Source: a virus
Taxonomy: Duplodnaviria; Caudoviricetes
Virus record (IMG/VR): IMGVR_UViG_3300044674_004313
Location: 1 to 57,718 of that record
Reading direction: 5' to 3' (one strand)
DNA: 57,718 nt
Part shown: positions 18,314 through 27,566 of the stretch, in pieces
Layout of the letters: every line of letters starts with the position of its first letter
Numbering within the stretch: the first letter of the stretch is position 1
Notes under the pieces: generated by a model
What the model was told of the DNA's origin: nothing
Databases searched by the model: none
What the model saw: the letters and a program-made list of their open reading frames with translations, nothing else
Translations under genes and position numbers: made by a program

Positions 18314-20088
18314 TAGTACGTACCTCCTGGACCACGGCGTAGCTCCTTACCGAAAGCTAGAGCAGCTACCGGGTCGTAAGTATGGATGTCTCCCTTTTGA
18401 CCAAAAGTAGCGGCGTCTATAAGTGTTTGCTTCTGGTACCGGTATCCCAAGCGCTGCATCCAATTTGGGTTTAGCAACGGGGTTCTTGAGGCTGAGGTCA
18501 TGACCGGGCGTAGCACAGGCTTACCAGAGTAAGCTTTCACCCGCGATATACCTTCCTTCTTAAGGTCCTCTACCACTCTCTTAGTGAGCAGGGTTCCCGG
18601 GGTGACGTAAGACGCGGGCTCGGTTATAACTTTCCCTACGGCACTATTGAGGTCCGTCTCAGTTCCCCTACCCTGGAAATGCTTGGATATTCTATGGAGG
18701 GGGAGGATGTCTCCTCGGTTGGCCCCGGGAACATCGTCAACCACTTCGGCGTAGTTAAGTTGAGTCCTAGCAAGTAGCTCTATGTGCCGAGGGTCTACAC
18801 CGCCTGCGGACTCGTCATACACCTTACGTAGGGATTTAACTAAGTAGTTTCTCCCATGACCTAAACCTTTATGGCGAACCACTTCGTCCGGAGACGCTAT
18901 ACCCTCAGCTATAGTATCCCCAGCCTCTACGTCCATACCCTTCTTAATGAGTAGCTTCCTATTAGGGGGCACGTAGTGGTCTACCCCACCTATTTTAACG
19001 TCGAAGCCACCCTGGGGAGCTTTGTCCACTGCCTCTACTCTACCTCCGGACTCCGCAAGAGGTGCCTTGTAGAAGAAGGCTTTGGGGACTTCCACAAACT
19101 GTTTAAACGCCTTTAGTCCCCGGGGGATATTATGGTCCCCCTGCACTAGTGATACCCCGTGCTTAGCAGACAGCTGCATCTGGGTCAGTGGTTCCGACAG
19201 CGCCTGGGCAGATCGTATTCCTGCGTTTACTCCAATATCGAGTGGCTTACCCCTGGGACCGGCACCCATGCATTTCTGGCACACTCCCCGGTCTAATCCG
19301 CACGTCATTGGGGATCTAACCTTAGTGGGCCTACCTGAGCGCATAAGCTGGGCAGCTTTAGTGGAGTCTACGTACCCGCCAGAACCGGGCAGGTACCGCC
19401 CTTCTATAGATGCGTCGTCTGGGTCGAGCGTAATCCCGTTGGATGTTCCGCAATCATCTTTAGCGACTACCCCTTCCGACATCACGGAGGCCAGAACCTT
19501 CTGCATCTCCCCGGGCTCAGCGGTGCCGAGTTGTCCTTTGATTACCTGGGCTCGACTCTCATCCCCTGCTATCCAGCCTTCCGCGGGGGACACTCCCTCG
19601 GAGTAGCCCTTCTGTATTAGGAAGGGCACCGGTGCACCATCGAAGTCACCAACTACTACCGGGCTGGTGACCATCTTCATGAGCTGAACCATGTTGCCAC
19701 GACTACCAGACCTAGCAGTCATGGCCATGTCCCCCTTATGCTGCCCAGTAAGCTCTTTGAGCTTCCCTTGCGCCTCTAGCAGAGCCCCTACTTTAGCTTC
19801 TCTGCTAGCATTCGGGTTGAACACCACTTTCTTAGCCTTAGCTATTATAGGATCTCTCCTAGAATACTCGGGCTCAATATCGTCTAGGCCTACGCTGATC
19901 CCCTCAAAGGTGGAGAACTCATCTCCAAGTTTTTTAATTTTGGGAGCTGCCTTAGCGTAGGCTAGGGGGTCCCTCTTGGCTAGACCAACCATAGCCGTCT
20001 TAAGGCTTTTAGTATTCAGATCTCCCGCAACCCGGTACCCTCGGGGGAGTCTACTGTTAATTAGTATGTCACTAAGCTTGCCCCTCAT
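18313..20088 (-). CDS. phage multisubunit RNA polymerase, beta' C-terminal part
   Basis: SGSRG, GYSEG, DDCGT, RSPMTC..GVCQKCMG, SAQALSEPLTQMQLSAKH (trigger loop) and DPRHIE are RpoC C-terminal motifs. Confidence 0.92.
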   Translation of the reverse strand: MRGKLSDILINSRLPRGYRVAGDLNTKSLKTAMVGLAKRDPLAYAKAAPKIKKLGDEFSTFEGISVGLDDIEPEYSRRDPIIAKAKKVVFNPNASREAKVGALLEAQGKLKELTGQHKGDMAMTARSGSRGNMVQLMKMVTSPVVVGDFDGAPVPFLIQKGYSEGVSPAEGWIAGDESRAQVIKGQLGTAEPGEMQKVLASVMSEGVVAKDDCGTSNGITLDPDDASIEGRYLPGSGGYVDSTKAAQLMRSGRPTKVRSPMTCGLDRGVCQKCMGAGPRGKPLDIGVNAGIRSAQALSEPLTQMQLSAKHGVSLVQGDHNIPRGLKAFKQFVEVPKAFFYKAPLAESGGRVEAVDKAPQGGFDVKIGGVDHYVPPNRKLLIKKGMDVEAGDTIAEGIASPDEVVRHKGLGHGRNYLVKSLRKVYDESAGGVDPRHIELLARTQLNYAEVVDDVPGANRGDILPLHRISKHFQGRGTETDLNSAVGKVITEPASYVTPGTLLTKRVVEDLKKEGISRVKAYSGKPVLRPVMTSASRTPLLNPNWMQRLGYRYQKQTLIDAATFGQKGDIHTYDPVAALAFGKELRRGPGGTY

Positions 20089-20100
20089 AAGATACTCTCC

Positions 20101-20850
20101 CTAGTGACCACTGTTGTACGGGTTGAACATGCTACCGCTGGAGGTGCGCAGGTCCGGAGTTAAGTAAGCTGGTAAGCTGTGGCTCAATCCCATACCCAGA
20201 CCCATACCGCCTACTATGCCTCCAATGTTTTTAGCAGATCTCACAGACTTTATAGCGGCTCTCTGGCCAGCAGTCATCCCCTCTAGGAGCTTGTTGTACC
20301 TAGCTTGGTTAGCCTGTCGTAGCCCAGATATATGAGAGTCTAACTCCTTCTTGCTGGAGAACCGCTTACGCCCTAGAGAATTAGGATTACCAGAGTTGGA
20401 TAGGTTATGTATCCGTTTGTTTTGTCCCTGGATCCTTTGTAACCTGGACATCTGCCCTTTAGATAGTCCTAGACCCTCATAGAAAGCTTTAGAAGCGCTA
20501 GATCCTGTCCTGGACATAGGTGCCAGCAGCCTCTTGCCGAACCTAGCCCCTAAACCCATGCCCCCACTGAACAGCAGTCCGCTAGCCGCCCCTTGCACAA
20601 ACCCGTGCAGCCTGTTTCCCTCTTCCTCTCCAGCAGCACCCATGGCCCCGAACCCCAGGGCAGAACCTATATGTGGGTTAGTGGCCCGATACAGCATGGA
20701 TCCCGGAGTCCCGAACCTGCCCGACATGCCAGCTAAAAAACCCAAGGGCCTAAGGGCCCCCATAGCAGCACCTAAAAAAGCCTGCTTCTCAAACTCTTCG
20801 GTAGCCAGGTTGGCACCTAAGTCCCTGGCCTGCTCTAGGTAGGGATTCAC
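20101..20850 (-). CDS. Gly-rich putative membrane-active internal virion protein
   Basis: EKQAF followed by GxxxG segments. Confidence 0.6.
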   Translation of the reverse strand: MNPYLEQARDLGANLATEEFEKQAFLGAAMGALRPLGFLAGMSGRFGTPGSMLYRATNPHIGSALGFGAMGAAGEEEGNRLHGFVQGAASGLLFSGGMGLGARFGKRLLAPMSRTGSSASKAFYEGLGLSKGQMSRLQRIQGQNKRIHNLSNSGNPNSLGRKRFSSKKELDSHISGLRQANQARYNKLLEGMTAGQRAAIKSVRSAKNIGGIVGGMGLGMGLSHSLPAYLTPDLRTSSGSMFNPYNSGH

Positions 20851-21074
20851 TTATCACCTACTTGCTCGGGGCTGAGTTCCATGGGGCTACCATACACCCT
20901 GGAGTTATCCTCTTGCCTCTCATCTACTACAGACGCGGAGTCCTTGGGCTTACCTCTACCAGCAGACATGAGCTTCAAGTCCAGGGCTAGCTGATCCGCG
21001 GGTGCCATATCGCTGAGAGCCTCCTGCAGCGCGAGGTTAGAGCCTATCTCTTTAGCCATCTTAAGGTAGTTCAT
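20847..21074 (-). CDS. small hypothetical protein (75 aa)
   Basis: Overlaps both neighbours; N-terminus resembles that of 20101..20850. Confidence 0.6.
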   Translation of the reverse strand: MNYLKMAKEIGSNLALQEALSDMAPADQLALDLKLMSAGRGKPKDSASVVDERQEDNSRVYGSPMELSPEQVGDK

Positions 21075-24000
21075 CCGGGACCTCTACTTCGTCGTTAGGC
21101 TTTACTTCGCCTCTGCGATATGCGGCTAGTGCATCTCTTACACTGTTAAACCTAAAGGATCTACCCGACTTTTTATCGGTTAATGCTTTGTGTATCCCAG
21201 CTATAGCCTCGTGCTTAGGATAGGCCAGTATCTGATCTTTGCGCTTATCCCCAAGGGTGTTGTTAGAGAGCAGCATCTTCTTGGAGTCATTTACCGCGCC
21301 GTCTGTTACGGGCAGATGTACCTGAAGAGCGTCGCCATCGTAGTCTAGGTTCTGCCCATCCTCCATAAAAGGATTGACCGTTATAGTCTTTCCGCTAACC
21401 ATGCGGGGGAACGCCGAAATCATATTGAACCTGTGCAGAGAAGGCGCTCGGTTGATTATAACGGGCCTATTCTTGGCTTCTAAAGCAAGAGACTCCCTAG
21501 CCTGCAGGCTACGGTCCTCTAGGAGCTTCTTAGCTTGCAGGGCGGGGTAGCCTTTCTTTACTAGGTTCTTCATTATGAAGGGGCTGTACATAGACCACAT
21601 CATATCCTCTGGAAGCCCCACTTCATCCATACCCAAGGTGGGGTCCGGAGCAGCGGTACCTCGGCCAGTAAAGTCCAACCTACGGGATAGAACCTTACCG
21701 TTAAAGAACCCCGTCTTGGTCCCGGTGATGGTGTTTACTATACCTTTAACCTCAGCGGTCTGAAGCTTCTTTGACACTGGGGGAGCAGTTCCTATAACCG
21801 CAGCGGCTGCGTCAGATACGTGCTTACGCATCTCAGCTACATCCTCATCTGGCAAGTCGAGATCTATAGCTTCTTTCAGCTTGTCCTTAGCTAGCACTAA
21901 ATCCTTATAGACGTGGTTGACGTCAGAGATGAGGAGATCACCCTTTGCACCGGGAACGACCGGTCTGTGTATCGGAGGGATGACTGGAAACTTCTTCATC
22001 ATGTAGGCCTCGCCCGCCTTCATCCCATTCTCTTTTAAGGCGGACAGGGCCTTTATCTGCTTTAAGTAATTATCTTTATCGCTGCCCTTGGCTTTCTTTA
22101 GTTTGGCTTGCAAGTCCGGGAGGAGTTTATCGGGGTCAAGAGCGTTGAGCTGCCGCCGGACTGCGTCTCCGCCCTTCTGAGCTATTCTCTCTCGTAGGCC
22201 AGCTTTAGTCTCACCAACTAACCTACGGGCAGCATCCTCAAAAATAGGATTCATTATGCTATCTGGCAGCTCGATATGCGATAGCTTTGTGCCAGTCAAG
22301 CCCCCAGTAACGCCGAGGTCAAACAATCCACCTCTCTCAGGTTTTAGGTTCTTGGAGATGACCATGCGCCCAGTTTTTATTTCTCCGTTAGACATCTTCT
22401 CTACATCAGAGTCCGTGAGGGGGGCCATAGCCATCTGATTACCTTGCTTTTGTAGGTTCAAGCCTGCACCCACCAGCATAGACTTAAACTTATCAAAGGC
22501 GAAGTTGGTCTTAGGCGGCGGTAGTGGCCTGCCTAGCTGCATAGCTCTCCAGTATTCGCTGTTACGAGTGCCCTTGAGGATGGCGTTCTCTTTTAGAATG
22601 TCTCGGGCATCGTGAGCTAACAGGGCATTAATCTCCATGATGCCAGTGCCCTTAGCTCCTGTGATGCCACCCTTAGCGGGTAGATCGTTCACGTCATAGC
22701 TGCCGTCGATACCTCGGGCTGAGTAGTTAGTGTCCGTGCTCTTGAACAGCTTATATGTATACTGGGGACCCACCATGATGTTGGGGATCTTCTTCCCCGT
22801 TACCGGGTCGTACACAGTCTCTTTGTCTTTGACCCCGTGCTTCTTCATCTCTTGCCTAGCAAACTCGACGTTGTTGCGGTTCTTAAAGCTAGCCACCTTG
22901 TAGGCTTTGCCCCTCTTACGGGCTGCTTTAGCCAGAGCAGTCTCAACTACTTGAGACGGGTTGATCCGACTGACTACGCCGAGTGAAGACCAGAGCATAT
23001 CTATAGGCTTGCCAGACTCATCCTGAACCATATCCTCGTCATCCACGATCTTAGAGACAACACCCTTACCTCCGTAGCGGTTGCTGACCTTATCTCCCAA
23101 CTTCATCTTTTCTATGGACTTAACAATGACGGTAGTACGCTTGCCCTCTTTCTCTACTGCGACAACCTCCCCCTCTGAAGCTGAGTCCCAGACCTCAGAG
23201 TTATCACTGAACTCCTGGCGAAGGCTCTTATGGATCTTACCCAGGACCTGGTTCTCAATAGAAGGTGGCCTCTTCCTCAGCACTGTAGCTATGGGGTCAC
23301 CCGACTTCAGCTTCTGCCCTACACGTACTACACCCTTATTCAACTTAGAGTACTGATCTTTGTTGAATATCCTAGGGAAGTTAGCAGAGTGCTTATTGTG
23401 ATCTAGGCGTGTTTCCTTATCTTCTTCAATAACATACTTACTCATCTTTACGGAGGACAGCTTCTCCGCGGCCCCCTTAGAGATGACTACCGCATCGTTA
23501 GAGTTTAGACCGTGATACGCTAAGTAAGCGATATTCATATTTTTACCCAGAGCCATCTTCCCATTACGCGTGAAGTTGCTCTTGGCGAGTATGGCTCCGG
23601 GCTTCAGCTTGTCTCCAACCTTTACTACAGGGCTGTGATGGAAGAAGGTCTTAGACGCCATAGGTAGGTTGTTAGCTATGCTAACTTTATCTACCTTACC
23701 GTCCCTCTTTATAGTGATCGCATCCTTAGTTACTTCCGTAACCTCGGCGTCACCCCTGTCTTTGAACAGCCGAACATCTGAAATCTCTGAGACTACCTCT
23801 TCCATGGAGGTAGACTCTTTGGAATCCACTGCAGACTGTACTAGGGGCTCCTCCCGCATAACCAGAGGTAGAGCCTGTCCTACCATCTTACTACCCATGA
23901 TAAGCCGGTTGCCCTGGGAGCCATCCATCAAGGGTATCATGTTAGTGTTTACAGTATACATGTCCTTAACAGAGTCTACTGCATACTGGGCCTTGCCAGC

Positions 24001-25425
24001 TTTTACCTTAGATACTACACCCTTATCTATTACGTCTACGTTACCCTTCTTAAGCTCCTGCTCTGGAAATGCTATAGTTAAATCCCGCATCTGGGTAGCG
24101 GGGACGTACTCTAGCTTGCCTGTCTTAAGGTTACGCAGCTTAGAGTAGATCCTGCCGTTTTCGTCCCTCCCGGCTCCCAAGGCAAACCTAACATCTACAC
24201 CGACCTGGCTGGACTCTGGGGTCCTAAAGGGATCTATAACGCCTAGAGTGGAGGGGTGCAGCTTTCTAACTCCTCCGGGGATGGCCCTTTCACTGGCGAT
24301 ACCACCCTCCCCCAGTCGGGTAACCGCCATCTGGCTGTCTACCTGCTCAATAGGATTTATCTGGGATGGGAGAACTGCTAGCTGAGAGCTAGCTATGTAC
24401 TTCTTGAGCTCGGCCGCAGTAGTGGCGCTAGGCATTACCTTACCGACCCTAACATCCTGAGCGAGGTCAAGCTTATTACGTAGCTTAAACTGGATCTCTC
24501 TAGCCCGGCTCCTCAGCCTCTCTTTGATTAGGTCCTCTGGAGCTAAAACCTTCTGAAACTCCAGGCTGTCACGATCATCCTCTTCCTCTTCTTCGTTGTA
24601 TACCCTCACTAGCTTACGGCTAGCAGCCAGCAAGGACTCCGGGGTTACCCTGTTAAAAGACTTACCCAGAGTACGGGCGGTGGTCTCTTCAGAAAGCTCA
24701 GTATTATTCTCGAAGTAGTCTTCAATGGCTCTTACTTTGTCGTTAGTACCCTTATGAACTCTCTTAGACGGGGGGATAACCCTCTCATACAGCTTGCCCA
24801 CCGCCGAGGTGCTCTTCTTTTCGTAGGAGTCTCTATTCCGGTCTGCTAGGCCCTTACCCCAGTACTTAGAGATATCGTTATGCTCTAGACCCAGCTTACG
24901 CAGCACGGGGTACATAGGTATCTTTGCCGTACCGTACTCCATCTGAAGGTGCCCCTTACGTGTATCCATAGATACTCGGAAGTTAGCCCCCTTAGATAAG
25001 TTAAAGCTGGCCTCCATTTCATCGTTGCCCCTACGTCGGGTGTACACTCCGGGTAGAGTACGGAGCTGATGCTTCATGGCATACTCGTTACCGTTAACGA
25101 GCATGGTGCCGCGACCACTAACTGTAGGCACGTGCATCACAGTGTGCCTATTCCTCTTGGAGACCACTTTACCAGACTTGTCTCGGATCTCGATGGTGGC
25201 CTTCATAGGGTCGTAGATGGAACCGCCCTTGTATATTGCCCTCTTCTGGTCCGTGTAGGACGGCCTCTTATGGGGCTCCATTTCTATTTTGGTAGCGTGT
25301 ATATCGTAGTGGGTCCCGATTATGGGGAAGAGGCCCTTCACCCCCTCCATAGCCCTCTGCCTAATTCTGGCGTTCCTTACATCGGGGCTCTGGAATATAG
25401 GCATTACTTTTTTGTTGTCGGACAT
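21061..25425 (-). CDS. phage multisubunit RNA polymerase, beta fused to the N-terminal (catalytic) part of beta'
   Basis: Beta motifs LHPS..G.IDPFRTPES..VG, NRLIMGSKM..QALPL, GDKVSNRYGGKGVVS, SRIN and GIMEINAL. Beta' motifs GGLFD, PVIPPIHRP, NRAPSLHR and NLDYDGD (catalytic DxDGD). Confidence 0.95.
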   Translation of the reverse strand: MSDNKKVMPIFQSPDVRNARIRQRAMEGVKGLFPIIGTHYDIHATKIEMEPHKRPSYTDQKRAIYKGGSIYDPMKATIEIRDKSGKVVSKRNRHTVMHVPTVSGRGTMLVNGNEYAMKHQLRTLPGVYTRRRGNDEMEASFNLSKGANFRVSMDTRKGHLQMEYGTAKIPMYPVLRKLGLEHNDISKYWGKGLADRNRDSYEKKSTSAVGKLYERVIPPSKRVHKGTNDKVRAIEDYFENNTELSEETTARTLGKSFNRVTPESLLAASRKLVRVYNEEEEEDDRDSLEFQKVLAPEDLIKERLRSRAREIQFKLRNKLDLAQDVRVGKVMPSATTAAELKKYIASSQLAVLPSQINPIEQVDSQMAVTRLGEGGIASERAIPGGVRKLHPSTLGVIDPFRTPESSQVGVDVRFALGAGRDENGRIYSKLRNLKTGKLEYVPATQMRDLTIAFPEQELKKGNVDVIDKGVVSKVKAGKAQYAVDSVKDMYTVNTNMIPLMDGSQGNRLIMGSKMVGQALPLVMREEPLVQSAVDSKESTSMEEVVSEISDVRLFKDRGDAEVTEVTKDAITIKRDGKVDKVSIANNLPMASKTFFHHSPVVKVGDKLKPGAILAKSNFTRNGKMALGKNMNIAYLAYHGLNSNDAVVISKGAAEKLSSVKMSKYVIEEDKETRLDHNKHSANFPRIFNKDQYSKLNKGVVRVGQKLKSGDPIATVLRKRPPSIENQVLGKIHKSLRQEFSDNSEVWDSASEGEVVAVEKEGKRTTVIVKSIEKMKLGDKVSNRYGGKGVVSKIVDDEDMVQDESGKPIDMLWSSLGVVSRINPSQVVETALAKAARKRGKAYKVASFKNRNNVEFARQEMKKHGVKDKETVYDPVTGKKIPNIMVGPQYTYKLFKSTDTNYSARGIDGSYDVNDLPAKGGITGAKGTGIMEINALLAHDARDILKENAILKGTRNSEYWRAMQLGRPLPPPKTNFAFDKFKSMLVGAGLNLQKQGNQMAMAPLTDSDVEKMSNGEIKTGRMVISKNLKPERGGLFDLGVTGGLTGTKLSHIELPDSIMNPIFEDAARRLVGETKAGLRERIAQKGGDAVRRQLNALDPDKLLPDLQAKLKKAKGSDKDNYLKQIKALSALKENGMKAGEAYMMKKFPVIPPIHRPVVPGAKGDLLISDVNHVYKDLVLAKDKLKEAIDLDLPDEDVAEMRKHVSDAAAAVIGTAPPVSKKLQTAEVKGIVNTITGTKTGFFNGKVLSRRLDFTGRGTAAPDPTLGMDEVGLPEDMMWSMYSPFIMKNLVKKGYPALQAKKLLEDRSLQARESLALEAKNRPVIINRAPSLHRFNMISAFPRMVSGKTITVNPFMEDGQNLDYDGDALQVHLPVTDGAVNDSKKMLLSNNTLGDKRKDQILAYPKHEAIAGIHKALTDKKSGRSFRFNSVRDALAAYRRGEVKPNDEVEVPDELP

Positions 25426-25458
25426 GCGTATACCTCACGCAAAAATAGCCGTTTTAGT

Positions 25459-25477
25459 TGTTATAAGTATACGTTCT
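25459..25477 (+). promoter_or_regulatory. conserved phage promoter-like motif (extended -10-like)
   Basis: TGTTATAAGTATACGTTCT; near-identical copies at 29684 and 42151, all at the start of plus-strand units. Confidence 0.75.
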
Positions 25478-25610
25478 CACACCCCTGCACCTAACCGGCC
25501 CCTCGCGAGGGCCGAGGGGGTGACGAGACTTAACCTAGGGGGCTGCTTCTCCTATCTACTAATAAGCGGCCCTCGTACTCCACTGGCTTAGCCAGAGGAA
25601 GGAGATCAGC

Positions 25611-26795
25611 ATGGCTGACTCAAAGAATAAGCGCTCACCCAAGCGCACTACTACTACTACTAAGCGCCCCAGCCGGGCGCAGCTCCAGGCCGCACTGGAG
25701 CAAGTCTACGGGGCTCATGGGGAGGATGAGCTGGGGGTACGGCAGGCGGTGGGGCCCATCATGTCTCCGGTGGGGGAGAGCGGCCGCCCCGCTGGGCTTA
25801 GGTGGCATGCGCCTCTCAGCCTGGACGCTAATGAGCTGGGCGTGTGGGCTAGATCCACTGCCATAGCCTTTATTGGCAACGCTGAGTTAACGGCAGTCCA
25901 CCGCCAAGCCCTTCTGGGATGGCGGGGGTTAGTTGAGATCCTCCCCAACCGGGAGTTGGGGCCGGTCAAGACCCCCAGAGGTCCAGTTCGCACGATCGCC
26001 TCGTTGCAGCAGCTGCTGGACGAGGATGCTACGGTTATATCCCGGCTGGTGGGCCCGCCGGTACGGGAGGCCTTCGAGGCTATGGGGCGCCGAAAGGCTT
26101 GGGCGGAGAGGAAGGCCCGAGAGGCCGAGGAGGCGGCCAACGCCGAGGCGGCAGCGGCTGAGGCGGAGGCCAAGGCCGAGGCCGACCTCCAGGCAGCCGT
26201 GGAGGCAGAGCTCCAGGCAGCCCTACTGGAGGTGGATAGGGAGGCCAAGATGGCGGGATTGGCCTCCATTCTCCAGGAGTACGGGCCGCAAGTGGAGGCG
26301 GCTAAAGAGTGGCTATCCTTGGAGGACGCGGCGAGGCGGGAGGCTGCGAAGGCGGCGGATAGAGCCAACTCCGCCATCTTGGCGGAGGACCCCCAGGTCA
26401 ACGTGCTGAGGGCCGTAAGGGCGGGTAACCAGAAGTTAGCCGCGGCGTGGGCGTTGATTAAGCACTCCAGTGGCAGCCGCAGGAATGCGGCTATTGCGGA
26501 GCTTCGGGACCTGGACGGCAGGTTCCAAAAGGTGGCGTATCGGAAGAGCGCCATGCTGAGGGCGCTCACGGGGGCTTGCCGCGGGTTGCTAAACCCAGAA
26601 CTGGCACAAGAGGCCTCCATCGAGTTCTCCGCACACACGGAGAGTGTAGAGGAGGGGTCCTCTATCCCGCAGATCCGCAAAGCGGGGGTGGCTATTCCCG
26701 GGTGGGTAGCGCCCCCAGCTAAAACCAAGAAAGCAGCTGTGTATGCAGCTGCTCATTGGTTTGACCACCTGCTAGAGAAGGTGGCGAATCTCTAG
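25611..26795 (+). CDS. hypothetical early protein, Ala/Glu coiled coil, GC-rich
   Basis: AAGGAG RBS, downstream of the promoter motif, 394 aa. Confidence 0.75.
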   Translation: MADSKNKRSPKRTTTTTKRPSRAQLQAALEQVYGAHGEDELGVRQAVGPIMSPVGESGRPAGLRWHAPLSLDANELGVWARSTAIAFIGNAELTAVHRQALLGWRGLVEILPNRELGPVKTPRGPVRTIASLQQLLDEDATVISRLVGPPVREAFEAMGRRKAWAERKAREAEEAANAEAAAAEAEAKAEADLQAAVEAELQAALLEVDREAKMAGLASILQEYGPQVEAAKEWLSLEDAARREAAKAADRANSAILAEDPQVNVLRAVRAGNQKLAAAWALIKHSSGSRRNAAIAELRDLDGRFQKVAYRKSAMLRALTGACRGLLNPELAQEASIEFSAHTESVEEGSSIPQIRKAGVAIPGWVAPPAKTKKAAVYAAAHWFDHLLEKVANL

Positions 26796-26808
26796 CAAGC
26801 GCCTGTGG

Positions 26809-27237
26809 GTGCCGGAGCTCCAGGCCACCGTCATCTACGACCCTGACGAAGTCGTTAGTGACGGTGATCTGGACTCCGGAGCAGAGGCTGAAGGGGAAGG
26901 CCTAATCTCCTTCAGTCTTCTACTGGGTCTGGCGGTGGGCTTCTGGGCTGCTATGCAGCTTATGAAGATCGCTAAGGACACAGTAGTCTACTCCCCCACC
27001 GGAACTCACCAAGCTGGATACCGAGAGGTTGACCAGCAAGGTCGAGTAACGGTGGGGGAACAGAGGTTCTCGCCTAGTGCAGACTCCCTCTGTGGTGACG
27101 TCACTCAAACCCCTCAGGGCAGAGTGATAGACACTACTCAGGAGGGTGGCTGGATTGGTGAGGATCTCGTAACTAAAGCTCTCGCGGCTCACAACCGCGA
27201 GGGCTACACCCGACGAAAGAGAGGAGGACGCAGATGA
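26809..27237 (+). CDS. hypothetical protein with one predicted transmembrane segment (start uncertain)
   Basis: LISFSLLLGLAVGFWAAM segment; GTG start without a clear RBS. Confidence 0.55.
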   Translation: MPELQATVIYDPDEVVSDGDLDSGAEAEGEGLISFSLLLGLAVGFWAAMQLMKIAKDTVVYSPTGTHQAGYREVDQQGRVTVGEQRFSPSADSLCGDVTQTPQGRVIDTTQEGGWIGEDLVTKALAAHNREGYTRRKRGGRR

Positions 27238-27279
27238 GTGGACACTCAGGCGTAAATCCTTTCGGATAGTAGGGTAAGG

Positions 27280-27333
27280 AAAGCGGTCAGCACTAGGCGC
27301 TGATATCTAATGGCAGACTGGCCGCTTTTCTTT
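27280..27333 (+). terminator. possible terminator hairpin between convergent units
   Basis: AAAGCGGTCAG...CTGGCCGCTTT followed by TCTTT; the loop is unusually long. Confidence 0.45.
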
Positions 27334-27511
27334 AGCTATCAGAGTTAACTACTATAGGAGTACCGAAGTCTAAGACGTGTACGGGCACACCATCTAGGAC
27401 AATGTGCCTGTGGGTGAGCGTGGGATCCTCTAAACTGGGTAGGTCTTCGCTCTGTAACTCACAGGATCCTGGTAGGATACAAGCCATAATCAAGGTAACT
27501 ACTCTGCGCAT
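27332..27511 (-). CDS. 59-aa putative lipoprotein or secreted peptide (below the ORF-track cutoff)
   Basis: TAAGGAGG RBS; MRRVVTLIMACILPGSCELQSEDLP...VVNSDS*. Confidence 0.65.
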   Translation of the reverse strand: MRRVVTLIMACILPGSCELQSEDLPSLEDPTLTHRHIVLDGVPVHVLDFGTPIVVNSDS

Positions 27512-27566
27512 TGGGGCCTCCTTATTGTTGCAACCGCCCCAAGCATAGTTACTTTATCTATAGTGT

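Noticed and set aside
1163-24148. Numerous short plus-strand ORFs opposite the virion and RNAP genes
   Set aside because: They are antisense shadows with no RBS or recognisable motifs.
25715-26728. 337-aa antisense ORF
   Set aside because: It is the shadow of a GC-rich, Ala/Glu-rich plus-strand gene that has the RBS and promoter.
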